Below are positions 47,008-58,843 of a stretch of DNA of 64,000 nucleotides, piece by piece (the first letter of the stretch is position 1; each line of letters opens with the position of its first letter). A model generated the notes under the pieces. The model worked only from the letters and a program-made list of their open reading frames with translations. It was not told the origin of the DNA and searched no databases. The position numbers were made by a program, and so were the translations under genes. The stretch is from Albugo candida (Eukaryota), in NCBI GenBank assembly GCA_040437565.1, contig JBDOQK010000032.1, positions 310,001-374,000 of the forward strand, in the 5' to 3' direction.

Positions 47008-48903
47008 CTAAAAGACATCAATATTGAGAATTTTAATCTCTTCGCAAGGTCGATCGTACTTGTCCGTACGCGTTTGTTCAATCGAAGACACTGTGTCCTT
47101 CCCATGCTCCACACGACCAAACACAGTGTGTTTATTATCGAGCCATGGCGTCGGTACAGTTGTGATAAAAAACTGAGAGCCGTTTGTATTGGGACCCGAA
47201 TTTGCCATCGACACAGTGAAGGCTCGATCATGTCGTAAGTTCCGATTTAGTTCGTCCTCAAACTCCCCACCCCAAATCGATTCGCCACCGGTTCCATCGC
47301 CAAGTGGATCGCCCGTTTGTACCATGAAATTCTTGATCACACGATGGAAAATCACATTGTCGTAGTATCCATTGCGTGCGTGTGTGCAGAAATTCTCTAC
47401 CGTGCGAGGACATTCTTTTGGAAATAGTTTCACAGTTATATCGCCAATAGTTGTATGGATAATGATAGTGTCACCCATAACCTTCGAACTCGACTCGGAG
47501 GCCACTTGCAATTCTTCCATTGTTGGCTTCTCGTTAAACACATCTCTTCCAATGCTTGTATCGTCTTCGTCCTCTTCCGCTGGCTCACGTGTTGAGAAAA
47601 GATAGAATCGATTTTTCTTGTATGAAGTACAGAATAAAGTCGGATCGACTGGATCCGATCGATCGGAATCGGTCATAACCATGGAATCTTGCTTCAGCTT
47701 GGAGCTGGACGCATTACGAATTTGCTTTTCCATCTGAGTATTTACTTTAAGCTTCTCTTGAAATAACGCGACACGCAGAAATCGATCCGTATTTTCGACT
47801 TTACCCAGAATACGAACGAACTTGTTGGTTTCGATATTGAGCACCTTGATTCCCAATAATGTTGGATAGAGGAGGAAATGACCACTTTCATCAAATGTGC
47901 AATTGGAAACAACTTCAGAAGCTGCAAGCTCTTTTTCCACTGCAGAACGTCGACCAAAATCTAACGCATCTAACGGAAGACTTTTATCCGCAAATGCATC
48001 CTGAAAAATAACCAAACTTTCATCGTACTTCCGTCTCAATTTCCCAGTTAGGAATCGAAATACGCGAATTTGAGCGTCTTTGGCAGTCAATGCAAAGTTC
48101 TCCCCTTGCGAGTCAATTGCAATTGACATTGGAATTGTCTTATGTTTTGCAAGTTCATACAAATCTGTCTCGCCTTTATACTTGAACGCCAACGAGTCTT
48201 CGGGGAAATTGAATGTTTCTGCGTTCCAGTATTCGATATGACCTTTTGCATCACAGCTTATGGTACAATCATAAACAGCATTATAGCCTAACAGAAGCAC
48301 TGGTGCCGTGTGAAGCTTGTCTATTGTATGAATGGGCTCGTGGGTCGCTTGATCAGCTTGATAAATTCTAATCCAGCTGCCTGTTTTATCGGAGATCGCT
48401 ATTTTTGGGAGAATCGCATTTTTTTGGTGAATCCAGCAGCACTCATTAGGGATGTATCCCACTTTGATCATGTTGACCATATCAAATCCGATCACATCAT
48501 AGAATTTGATGTTCTGGTCACTCGATGTGCTGCAAAGCCGAAGACCATCGGAAGACACCGCCAAGGCGAAAATCTCGTTCATATGCGCTTTGTAATGCTT
48601 CACAAACTCAATACCATGCAGCATCTTCTTCCAGAATTTTACATGTCCATCTTTACTCGCCGTTATGATGAATTGTGTCTCTGGAGCGACGACCACATGC
48701 GTCACAATATCTCGATGCATGTAGCTTTTCTCGTACATTTCAGCGGATGGTATATTGGTAAGATATGATTCCTCAAATAAAAGTTTGGGTTTCTTTGTTT
48801 TTCGCTTGGGTGGCATTGGCATTGGCATCGTATCAGCGTCATTTTCTTCGTCGGTAAATGTGTCGGAAGATGGGCGCTTTGCGATCGCCATGACGTCTTT
48901 CAT
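47008..48903 (-). CDS. PPWD1: WD40 plus cyclophilin peptidyl-prolyl isomerase
   Basis: [40 protein letters not shown] and [12 protein letters not shown]. Confidence 0.95.
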   Translation of the reverse strand: MKDVMAIAKRPSSDTFTDEENDADTMPMPMPPKRKTKKPKLLFEESYLTNIPSAEMYEKSYMHRDIVTHVVVAPETQFIITASKDGHVKFWKKMLHGIEFVKHYKAHMNEIFALAVSSDGLRLCSTSSDQNIKFYDVIGFDMVNMIKVGYIPNECCWIHQKNAILPKIAISDKTGSWIRIYQADQATHEPIHTIDKLHTAPVLLLGYNAVYDCTISCDAKGHIEYWNAETFNFPEDSLAFKYKGETDLYELAKHKTIPMSIAIDSQGENFALTAKDAQIRVFRFLTGKLRRKYDESLVIFQDAFADKSLPLDALDFGRRSAVEKELAASEVVSNCTFDESGHFLLYPTLLGIKVLNIETNKFVRILGKVENTDRFLRVALFQEKLKVNTQMEKQIRNASSSKLKQDSMVMTDSDRSDPVDPTLFCTSYKKNRFYLFSTREPAEEDEDDTSIGRDVFNEKPTMEELQVASESSSKVMGDTIIIHTTIGDITVKLFPKECPRTVENFCTHARNGYYDNVIFHRVIKNFMVQTGDPLGDGTGGESIWGGEFEDELNRNLRHDRAFTVSMANSGPNTNGSQFFITTVPTPWLDNKHTVFGRVEHGKDTVSSIEQTRTDKYDRPCEEIKILNIDVF

Positions 48904-49437
48904 CCAATCAACATCATCATTATGATAACGTATCTTTACTGTGTAGCTACCCGTTAACGTGATATCTTTGCAGCTGTTCAGACTCAGACACAAGTCTGTG
49001 CTTAGTTAATAAAAAATGATTTTGCAGGTTCACAAGATCAGCATTTTCTAACACGAGTTATCTATAACGACATGCAAACTTTGTAGCTCCCTTGAATAAA
49101 AACGCTTTCAATCACAATATGAGCAGTTAGGAACATGTCAGAACAAAGCGTATTTTCAACGTTTCATACCTTTTAGTTTTTCTATAGGACTGACTCTATC
49201 CTGATAGAAATGACTTGTTATAGAAAAACTTGTTTTTTTTCGAGGTAAAAGTAGGATCAGAATGCTTGAAGAAGCCTTCATCAGCATTCAAACACCCTTT
49301 TTGTATCTGTTTTGACTCCACTGCCTACTCCATCAAACTCAGTCACAGAAAAGCGCCAATTCGTCGAATTCCATGTTTACTCGCGTGCCTATTAATCGCA
49401 ATAATCCATCAGAGTTGCTCAGGCGCAAGTGTAAAAA

Positions 49438-50365
49438 ATGCTACAAGTTGCTCCGAATTTCGCATCAAGTATTGAGACTACGCAATCTGTGCGTGCTTTT
49501 GACGAACCACACTCTAAGCGAATGAGAGGAGTATTTCACCATATTTCTCATGCGAGACGAAAGCTTGGGCTTTTAAGGCATAGGACGGACTCGCATCGGT
49601 CGCCTCCTTCCCCACAAGCAAGGACGCAACGCACGTCGAGGCTAACAAGGCAGAGTACTAGTCGGATGAGTCGAATTGGAATCACATTTGGTAAAAACAA
49701 GAGCAAGAAATGTGTTCATTTTGATTTCTCACACGAAGAAATCGAACGTTCAATGACTACAGAGGAAGAAAAAGAATCATATCATTATTCACGGAAAGAA
49801 CTGGATTACGTGATGGCTCGTGCCAGAGAGGATGGTGCCTGTACAATGATGGGTTCAACGCTCTTTCAGCCAGCTGGAACGATTTTACAGCAAGGCACAT
49901 TGACATTCCCTTCTGGCCGACCATTCCTCAAGCATTCGGCCTTCCTGACTCGAAAAACATTTTATTGCTTACTGCTGTCCAAGTACGTGTCCATACGATC
50001 TGAGTAGTGTTTTCTTTTCTGACTCATTACCACGCAGTTGTGAATTTCTACTTTTTCGCTCGGCGGCCGATGCGGCACAACGAGTGGAGTGTTCTGCTCG
50101 CTTTGAAATGCATTCACTAAAGGAATGCAGTGCGATGAGTACAACACAAAAACTTGCTCTTTCGGATTACGAATTACCAATCGCTTCACCAACTGCATTT
50201 TTTCTCGATCTTGTGCAATTGCATCCAACAAACGAAGGAAAAACGTCACAAAGAGTACTTATCGTGACAAAAGATCAGCTCACAGCGCGTAATTGGATAC
50301 TAGCCTTAACCAAAGCCCAGCAGATATATTCGGCAACCATTGGAAGGGGTAGTGCTAAGAACTGA
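49438..50365 (+). CDS. Hypothetical PH-domain protein
   Basis: Two exons joined by intron 49983-50037; ILQQGTL...RKTFYCLL...ARNWILALTKA gives a PH-like pattern. Confidence 0.6.
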
Positions 50366-50569
50366 TACTAATTGGAATAGATGAGATTTTTATTGCAATT
50401 CACTTTTAGTCAAAAGGTCGGATATGTCTGGCAAAGTAAAAATCCAAATCGTAGANNNNNNNNNNNNNNNNNNNNNNNNNNNNNNNNNNNNNNNNNNNNN
50501 NNNNNNNNNNNNNNNNNNNNNNNNNNNNNNNNNNNNNNNNNNNNNNNNNNNNNNNTCAAAAGGTCGGAT

Positions 50570-51311
<742 letters not shown>

Positions 51312-51350
51312 ACATCGATACAAGTAGCCAATTACATTGCACTTAAGATC

Positions 51351-52607
51351 CTAATGATGCGGCGAATTCTGTCCGCATTTCAAATCAGAAGCACAATTTC
51401 GAGGATATCGTTTACTAGCTTTCTCAACTTGTATTGTGGTATGTGTAATCCCCATCGATAGCAAGTAGTCTTGAGCTTCATGTAATGCGTTATCTGGATC
51501 GTCCGAAATCAAATGCACACTGAGTGACGGAAGCCCTGCGCTTAATGACCAAATATGTAGATCGTGGAGACCGTATACAGACGCACATGCCCGCAACCCG
51601 ACTTCGATCTCTTTATGATCAATTCCTTCGGGCGTTCCCTCCATCAATACGTGCAAACTGCTAGTGACAATGCCGAACGTAGTTCCGAGTACAACGATCG
51701 AAAAGATAAAGGTCGCAATTGGATCGGCAATTTGCCAGGATGGGTTATACCAAATCAATCCTCCCGCAATGCATACACCGATACTTTGTATAAAATCGCC
51801 CAAAGCGTGGATATAAGCCGCTTCAATGTTGAGATTTTCGAGCGTGATGAGTCGTCTCTTGTTTTTCGCATCTGCCAAATTCTTGTCTGATTGAATCACA
51901 TGATGCTCTCCGTTTCCGTTATGAGGCGTATGCTGGTCTTTTTCATGTTTATGCTCTTGATGCTGGCCATGCCCACCATGACTATGTCCATGACTGTGGC
52001 TGTGTCCATGACTGTGCCCACCATGGCTATGACCATGATTATGACCGTGTCCGAGGATCCGCATAAGGATCAAATTGACTCCAAGTCCGATGCACGCCAC
52101 AATAAACATAAGTTTGCCATTTACATGTTCTGTCGGATGTGGCTGTAAACAATCCATGAGACGTTCAATCGCGGCATAGACTAGCACTCCTGTAAGCACC
52201 CAAATGACAAGGACACTTGTAATAGCACCAATCACTTCTGCACGCAAAAATCCAAAACTCAACTTTGCTGAAGCAGGCAGAGTACTCACCCAAATTGCGA
52301 ATAGCGAGATACAAAATCCAGCCACATCTGATAATAGGTGGGCTGCATCCGTCATAATGGCAAGACTCCCTGCTAAAGTCCCTCCGAATACTTCAGCAAG
52401 CATGAAAAGAATCGAAAACATACACGCCAACTGCAGTTTTCGTTTTGCTCGTAATGAGCTCTCATCCAGTGCAATTCGACGCATGGAAGGAGAATCAGCC
52501 ACTAGAGGATTAGGTCTAGAATCTTGGGAGCCGTAATTTTGTACAGATAGCTCTTTTGACACTAGTAAACTTTTTTGTGCCTCAATATCTTGATGCAAAT
52601 TGCTCAT
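51351..52607 (-). CDS. CDF zinc transporter (ZnT/MTP1-like)
   Basis: SLAIMTDAAHLLSD, His-rich loop, AYIHALGD and HDLHIWSL. Confidence 0.95.
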   Translation of the reverse strand: MSNLHQDIEAQKSLLVSKELSVQNYGSQDSRPNPLVADSPSMRRIALDESSLRAKRKLQLACMFSILFMLAEVFGGTLAGSLAIMTDAAHLLSDVAGFCISLFAIWVSTLPASAKLSFGFLRAEVIGAITSVLVIWVLTGVLVYAAIERLMDCLQPHPTEHVNGKLMFIVACIGLGVNLILMRILGHGHNHGHSHGGHSHGHSHSHGHSHGGHGQHQEHKHEKDQHTPHNGNGEHHVIQSDKNLADAKNKRRLITLENLNIEAAYIHALGDFIQSIGVCIAGGLIWYNPSWQIADPIATFIFSIVVLGTTFGIVTSSLHVLMEGTPEGIDHKEIEVGLRACASVYGLHDLHIWSLSAGLPSLSVHLISDDPDNALHEAQDYLLSMGITHTTIQVEKASKRYPRNCASDLKCGQNSPHH

Positions 52608-52879
52608 TTCGTTTTAGTAACTGCGCACCAATGAAAAGACGTCGGCGTTGACAGTTATATATTATATTATAGAGGTTCACGATATTCACGCTATGAGGAC
52701 ACATAAAGCGCGCTGACACTCTTTTTCTGTAATGAGGCGGACTAGCTTTCCCCAGCATCAACGTGTAGATGCCACACATTCCTTGCATGATGAGAAACGT
52801 GTTGTTCCGCCGCCGGATAACACCCGAATAGAAGCCTCATTTGAGTCCCCACTTCGAAAACGCATCATACATTTGTTTT

Positions 52880-54898
52880 TCAAATTTGCAAAATGAGGTC
52901 TGGGTCGGTTTCAATGCCGCTTTCTCGAATCGACTCACTTAATCGAGCCAGTGTCGAGTTTCTGTTAAACACGATTGGACCGTCTTCCGGCTCATTGCAG
53001 CCATAGTCGATATTTACAGTCGCAATTGATTCTTCATCGTCTTCCCGATGTGTCAGATTGGTCCCAATGCCTTTATAAAGATACCCACGCTTTGGACCAG
53101 CTACGGTGGAGGCTAACGATATCCTATGGTGGTCAACCATGAATTCAGAAAGCGCTTTTTCATCTTCGTCGCCTTGTACTGTCGATCTCAACGACATAAA
53201 CGTATTTGTGATTTCATGGATCGACGAATTTGTCAAATTGGGCTCAAGACCAAGAGGCACATGAGAGTTCTTCAAATCCTCCAATTCTAGCAAAGGGTTT
53301 CTTCTTTTAGTGACTTGCATAGCGCGCTGCACATCATGCTCTTCATCCACGCCATAACTCATCTGGAGGTCCCACTCATCATCCGCCTCGGGTAAGGTCT
53401 CATTTTGGAATCGACTGGCGGGGTTTTGAAGTTTGACTCGGGAAACTAGATCTGTGAGTAAGTCTCGCTCTTCCTTTTGAAGCGTTTCTTCGTGATGCCT
53501 TAGCGCATATGATGTCAATGTGGCGCCATGAACGAGCGATTTCCTTGATTTTATACGAGACCTCGACTTTTCCTCACTATCTTGAGCACACGATGAAGCG
53601 CGATGAAGCTGATCCTTCCTTTCCGTTCGAATTGGATTCGAATACGCATCGGTTCCCGGGAAAGCGATCTCACCTATTGCGGATTGAATCACCCTTGGAT
53701 CTTCCGGTCTAGTACTAGGTTGGAGATACGCAGAAGCTCCACGTTGCATTGGATGCCACAATTTCGAGTTTGTTTTCAACTTGGAAGTCTGTTTTTCATC
53801 CATCACCGAGTATGCCGAAGCGGTGATGCTACTTGCCAACGCTCGGTGATCCGTCTCGTTCGTGCAAACCAGGCATATACGAAGCTTTACAAGCTTACAA
53901 TGTTTTTCACTACGATTGGTAGAGCCCAAATCTCCCCCATGAGCAAACGTAAATGATTGACTACAAGCTGAGCACACAACTTCGCCACAAGCTCTACAGC
54001 GCGTTTTTCTGAGAAAGAAGTGAAAGCGGACTTGACATATATCGCATTGTGATCGTTCATTTTTCGCCACAAGATCCAAATCGCTAAGAAGGTGTAATTG
54101 ACTCAGTCTTTTTTGCTGTAGAAACTTGGTAAAACTTGCTACCATTAGCACGCGGCGACGACATGCAAGAAAATAAATGGGTCGAGGAAGTCGCAAGTTC
54201 CCTTTTAGACTCACTTGGACGCAATGAACGAGATCCAAATATCCCTTCTGCTCGGACTCCATGAACACATATCCTGTGTTATACATACTTCCCCGTATGT
54301 ATCCTAATTTATGTCTTAAATCAGGACAAGAGTCTAATTGGATCGAGTGGATAGACCGAACCCAGCCTCTGTGACCTTTTTGATCCTGGAATACATCTTG
54401 ACATTCTAACGTGCAAAAGTCTCGATTGCGGATAAATGGTGAGGGTATTTCAATAGCTGTCCATTTAACTGTCACTTGATGCATTTGATTCTCTGCCGTC
54501 GGTCTTACTAATGTGTGTAGTACAACCGAGTCCAATATATCTTCATTGTACAGGTGTGCAAAAGTGCGCATTTTACTTGTCGTCGACGTATCGAAAAATC
54601 GTGCAATTTCTTCTTGTGTAGCCTTTACCCTTGTAGCTCCACACACATATTGGACCTCATGATGCTTGTCATGAGTTTCCAATATGGAAAGGCGCTCTCG
54701 TTCTCGCCCACGAAACAACTGAATGTTGCGATGAGAGCCTGCCGGGATCCATTCGATAGGTCCGGACGCACTTTGTAAGGTTTCAACCAGCGAGCGCGCC
54801 GAATTTTTTGCTTTTGTGATCAAAAAGTCTCGTTCTTGATCAGAAAGCGGCGGACACTGAAAGTAATTCTCGGGAAGATTAAAACGTTTCCGGGACAT
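52880..54898 (-). CDS. START-like plus FYVE-like zinc finger protein (oomycete-expanded family)
   Basis: RNRDFCTLECQD in the START-like region; CDIC...RKTRCRACGEVVCSAC...RICLVC FYVE-like finger. Confidence 0.85.
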   Translation of the reverse strand: MSRKRFNLPENYFQCPPLSDQERDFLITKAKNSARSLVETLQSASGPIEWIPAGSHRNIQLFRGRERERLSILETHDKHHEVQYVCGATRVKATQEEIARFFDTSTTSKMRTFAHLYNEDILDSVVLHTLVRPTAENQMHQVTVKWTAIEIPSPFIRNRDFCTLECQDVFQDQKGHRGWVRSIHSIQLDSCPDLRHKLGYIRGSMYNTGYVFMESEQKGYLDLVHCVQVSLKGNLRLPRPIYFLACRRRVLMVASFTKFLQQKRLSQLHLLSDLDLVAKNERSQCDICQVRFHFFLRKTRCRACGEVVCSACSQSFTFAHGGDLGSTNRSEKHCKLVKLRICLVCTNETDHRALASSITASAYSVMDEKQTSKLKTNSKLWHPMQRGASAYLQPSTRPEDPRVIQSAIGEIAFPGTDAYSNPIRTERKDQLHRASSCAQDSEEKSRSRIKSRKSLVHGATLTSYALRHHEETLQKEERDLLTDLVSRVKLQNPASRFQNETLPEADDEWDLQMSYGVDEEHDVQRAMQVTKRRNPLLELEDLKNSHVPLGLEPNLTNSSIHEITNTFMSLRSTVQGDEDEKALSEFMVDHHRISLASTVAGPKRGYLYKGIGTNLTHREDDEESIATVNIDYGCNEPEDGPIVFNRNSTLARLSESIRESGIETDPDLILQI

Positions 54899-56117
54899 CG
54901 TGGACTGTGATGAAGCTCTAATGCAAAAGTGTATCGTTTATTCATGCGTCCCGGAAAATACACAAGAGGGTATGTATAGGTGCAAAGAGACTTGAGTGAG
55001 ATGGGTCATGCAGTCCGATTTATTCAGTTTTATGAAGGGTGGTAGTCAGAGAATAATTGGTGGAAAATCCATATAGATACAAAAATAATAGCTAAACGAG
55101 CTTAAGGCAGTCAGAATTTTGAATGCTAAGAAACTGCTCTCAATCGTATAAACTATGGGATTCGATGCGAGGGACACAGATGCAGCATTTTCTCCATACC
55201 ATAAGCGTAGAAGTAGTACCGCTACGTGTAGATCAGGTTCCAGTAGGGGTCCAAATTCATACCACTGGCTCTGAACTGGATGTTTGTCTACATCGAATCT
55301 GCGATTTAAGATTCGGATATTCTATCGCTGACTATAAAGTGCCAAATAGTATTGCTAAACTTCACGAATTTGCTTTCTGGGCTGATATAATGGATAGACA
55401 CGATTGGCTCGCCGCATAGAGCGCAAGAAACAGTGCCTTTGATGTGGCAATATACAGTTCGCAAAGCGCCAGTCGATAATTACATAGAGGAAATTGGATA
55501 CTGCACGGCAAGTACCTGGCGGGCGAATCACTGCGGTGGATAAAATACGTTTGCGAGAAGTATAGCATACTTTCTGAGTCACGTCGACCCCCTGTAGCAT
55601 TATAGCAAGCGATCTGTGCTAACAAGCGCAACAGAATAGTGAATGCATCTTTCGGTAAGGCCCTGACCGAGTGGCTAATTGCTCTTATTGCCCGCGTGTT
55701 TGTACAAGTAGTCGTGTAAAGAAACGCATTTTTTTCATGACTTTACGCTAATAGCTTTTATTTGCGTGAAAACCCCAGCTCTCTGTGCTGTGTAAAAGCG
55801 CCTGTCAGCCTATTTTGCCGCATAAGGTGTAGATAGATCACAGCACATGTCGCGCGTGGACATTTTCTATAGTACTTATCTATTATCTGTGTGATTCAGA
55901 ATTGTCGAAATATGGTGCGAGAGGATATCAGCAATCGACGGAAGCCTTATATCCGGTGAGTGCGATATTCTATTGCCAAGTGGGTATTGCCCGAAAGAAT
56001 GGACATCTATCAAACCACAAGACGTCATTATGCTCTCGTGCGGCATCCGATTCTCAAAAAGCCAGATACGACCGAAAAACATCACAGAACGAGCACTACA
56101 TTCGTACGACATCGAGA

Positions 56118-57020
56118 ATGAGTTCGCGTACGTTGCGAGTAGTTTACAAAAAGGAGAAATACACAGTATCTTTTGACGCACTGGCGGAAGCGGAAAGCCT
56201 AGTACTTTTAAAGAAAGAGATTGAAAAAGAAAGCGGTGTCTCATGGATGCATCAAAAACTGATTCATCGCGGTAAAGTCATCTTGAAAGTGTCACAAATC
56301 CCTGTGAATAACTCGATGGTGATGATGATATTGAACGAAAAATTCTATGCAAGTAAAGGTGAAGCGAAGAAAGCATCGATTCCGAAAATTACTGAGATAG
56401 AAGAGATAAAAGCGATTCAAGTAACAAGCAGTCGAATGCCTGCAGTCGATCCTGGCTCGATTCCCCCCGGTCAAGTGCTTATTCACGTTACACAAGGCAA
56501 AAAAACGCATCAATTTCTTCTTCCAGTCGGCGATAATGTACTGCAGATCAAAAAGAGTCTAAGTGCGATTTGCGGGCACGACCATCATATGATACGTCTA
56601 ATTATCAACGGAAAACGTCCCAAGAATGAAATTGTACTTAGTACGTTGCTTGTAGATCCCAAAGGGAGTTGTACTTTGAGATGTATGATGTTGTTTACGG
56701 AAAACTTTCACATTCAAGCTGAAAAGGAAGAATTATTGTGCAAGCTCTTGGATGAAGCCGTCGATGTCCAGTGTCAAAAAGTGGAATTAATGCGCAAATT
56801 ATCGAAAAACGTTTTTGATTCGTACGAGCGAGTCTTCGAGCTGACAAGTCTACGGGACCAGAAAATAGCACCTCTTCTAGAGAATTTGAAGCAAATCCTG
56901 GAATCTATTGAGCGGAGTCATATGCTACTGGATCAAATTCCTGTTATTCAAAAAGCTTTGGAAGAATTAAAACAATCGGAAAGCGAAATCAGATTGCAAT
57001 TAGATGGTGTGCTAAAATAG
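56118..57020 (+). CDS. Tandem ubiquitin-like domain protein with helical (BAG-like?) C-terminus
   Basis: LKKEIEKESGV..HQKLIHRGKVI and IKKSLSAICG...IRLIINGKR UBL patterns. The ORF opens at 55902, but the likely ATG is 56118. Confidence 0.7.
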   Translation: MSSRTLRVVYKKEKYTVSFDALAEAESLVLLKKEIEKESGVSWMHQKLIHRGKVILKVSQIPVNNSMVMMILNEKFYASKGEAKKASIPKITEIEEIKAIQVTSSRMPAVDPGSIPPGQVLIHVTQGKKTHQFLLPVGDNVLQIKKSLSAICGHDHHMIRLIINGKRPKNEIVLSTLLVDPKGSCTLRCMMLFTENFHIQAEKEELLCKLLDEAVDVQCQKVELMRKLSKNVFDSYERVFELTSLRDQKIAPLLENLKQILESIERSHMLLDQIPVIQKALEELKQSESEIRLQLDGVLK

Positions 57021-57048
57021 TGTAGTGAACGCTAATTGTGATAAAAGA

Positions 57049-57540
57049 ATGGAGCAAGTTCGCATTTGCCATGGCCGCCAAGTGATCACGCCTCCGAGAG
57101 AGAATATTGCGGCATTTCAGGAAGATGAGCGAATGCGTGCAAAGCTTCGAGAGACAGTAGCTCACCATCGCTTTGTATATAACGCCACTTGTGCGAGTGA
57201 AATACTTTTAGAGAGAGAATATAAGGCGGAACAACGTAACGAAAAGACCAGTCTAAAAGGCGAGGCGTATCAGCGTTTGTTAAAGGACCTCCGAGAAAAG
57301 AATGATGAGCTGAAGATGCAAAACTGTGAAATCCGTAACAGAACTGATCTGTACGAAAAAAACGAGGCTGAAGAACTCCGACGGTATGATTTAATTCAAA
57401 ATAGACTTTTTATTGACACCAGCGTATATAGATACAGAGATCTATTGCAAAAGTCCACAAATTCCAAAGAATTCGACCTCGAGGCTGCCAAAGAGTTACT
57501 TCTGAACAAGAGGGCGCTTTATTTAAGTAGTATAAGATAA
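57049..57540 (+). CDS. Small coiled-coil hypothetical protein
   Basis: ATG 57049; probable in-frame 48-nt intron 57384-57431 (GTATGA...ATAG); E/K/R-rich heptads. Confidence 0.55.
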   Translation: MEQVRICHGRQVITPPRENIAAFQEDERMRAKLRETVAHHRFVYNATCASEILLEREYKAEQRNEKTSLKGEAYQRLLKDLREKNDELKMQNCEIRNRTDLYEKNEAEELRRYDLIQNRLFIDTSVYRYRDLLQKSTNSKEFDLEAAKELLLNKRALYLSSIR

Positions 57541-57553
57541 GTAAGATAGCGAA

Positions 57554-58606
57554 ATGGATGACGCAATGCAACGTAAGATATTAGAGCCATACGAATACAT
57601 TCGCGAGCTGCCGGGGAAAAATGTACGCGGTAAACTTGTCGACGCGTTCCAACTGTGGCTGAATGTGGTGCCCGACACTTCCAAGGCGATCAAAACCATT
57701 GTGAACGGTCTTCACGATGCTAGTCTTTTGTAGGGCAAATTGCTCGACTTGTTCACCATCAAACTAGGTTAAACAATACTCTGTAGAATCGACGACATTG
57801 AAGATAATTCTGATCTTCGACGCGGACGACCTGTAGCACATCACATCTATGGAATTCCTGCGACAATTAATTGCGCGAACTACGTATACTTTCTATCGCT
57901 GCAGCGTTGTCAGGAGCTGCAGAATACTCGGGCGATGAGCACGTATGTGACTGAAATGCTTCGGCTTCATCAAGGACAGGGCCTCGACATATACTGGAGA
58001 GATCAATGCGCGTGTCCAAGCATCGAGGACTACTTGGAGATGGTCAAAAACAGTATGAAATGCTTTTGTTTGTGATAACTGCATACGTTTAGTGCATCCG
58101 ATATCGTAGAAACGGGCGGCCTCTTTCGACTTGCTGTCGGCATGCTGCAAGCTTTCAGTGATTGCCAAACAGACTTCACACCTTTACTCGACTTGCTGAG
58201 CATTTATTTTCAAATCCGAGACGATTATGTCAATTTGTTCAATGAAGCCTACATGGAGAACAAATCGTTTGGTGAGGATTTGAGTGAAGGAAAGTTTTCA
58301 TACCCTTTGATAGTCGCCATTCAAGCGAATCCGAATGACACAAGGCTTTTGAATATTATGAAGCAACGCACCAAGGACGTCGAGGTAAAAAAATATGCAA
58401 TCCAGTACCTTGAAAAACAAGGTGCTGCTGCTCAAACCAAAGCAAAGCTTGACGATTTGCATGGAAATATCAAATCCCAATTGGATGGTATCGGTATGAT
58501 TCACTGTGCGATAATCGAAAGTTATTTCTCATCTATTGCTGTCGCTGTAGGAGGCAATCCCATCCTGGAAAAAATCATGGATTCTTTGCATTCTTCTATC
58601 GGTTAA
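57554..58606 (+). CDS. GGPS1: Geranylgeranyl pyrophosphate synthase (type III)
   Basis: EPYEYIRELPGKNVR, LL|IDDIEDNSDLRRG, LHQGQG, FQIRDDY and EDLSEGKFSYP; three short introns. Confidence 0.92.
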
Positions 58607-58843
58607 AAATGACGCTAAGGAAAAGTATTTGAGAGTTGTACATTCAGTTAACCGTTGCGCGACTACCTGTACTACATTCAGAAACAAGAACCGCTTCATT
58701 TGTGCACTTGATGGTAGTTGCTTATTCGACCCCGCAAACAATATATCGTCAACCGTAAGAATAGCGGAGGCCTTCCACGTACATCATTAAGTACGACAGC
58801 GTACAATAAACTTAACCTTACGTTTGCGCGATTCCCGCGTAAA

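Noticed and set aside
51960-52052. Short tandem DNA repeats (CCATGACT/GTG)
   Set aside because: They encode the ordinary His-rich loop of the CDF transporter; not a CRISPR array or satellite.
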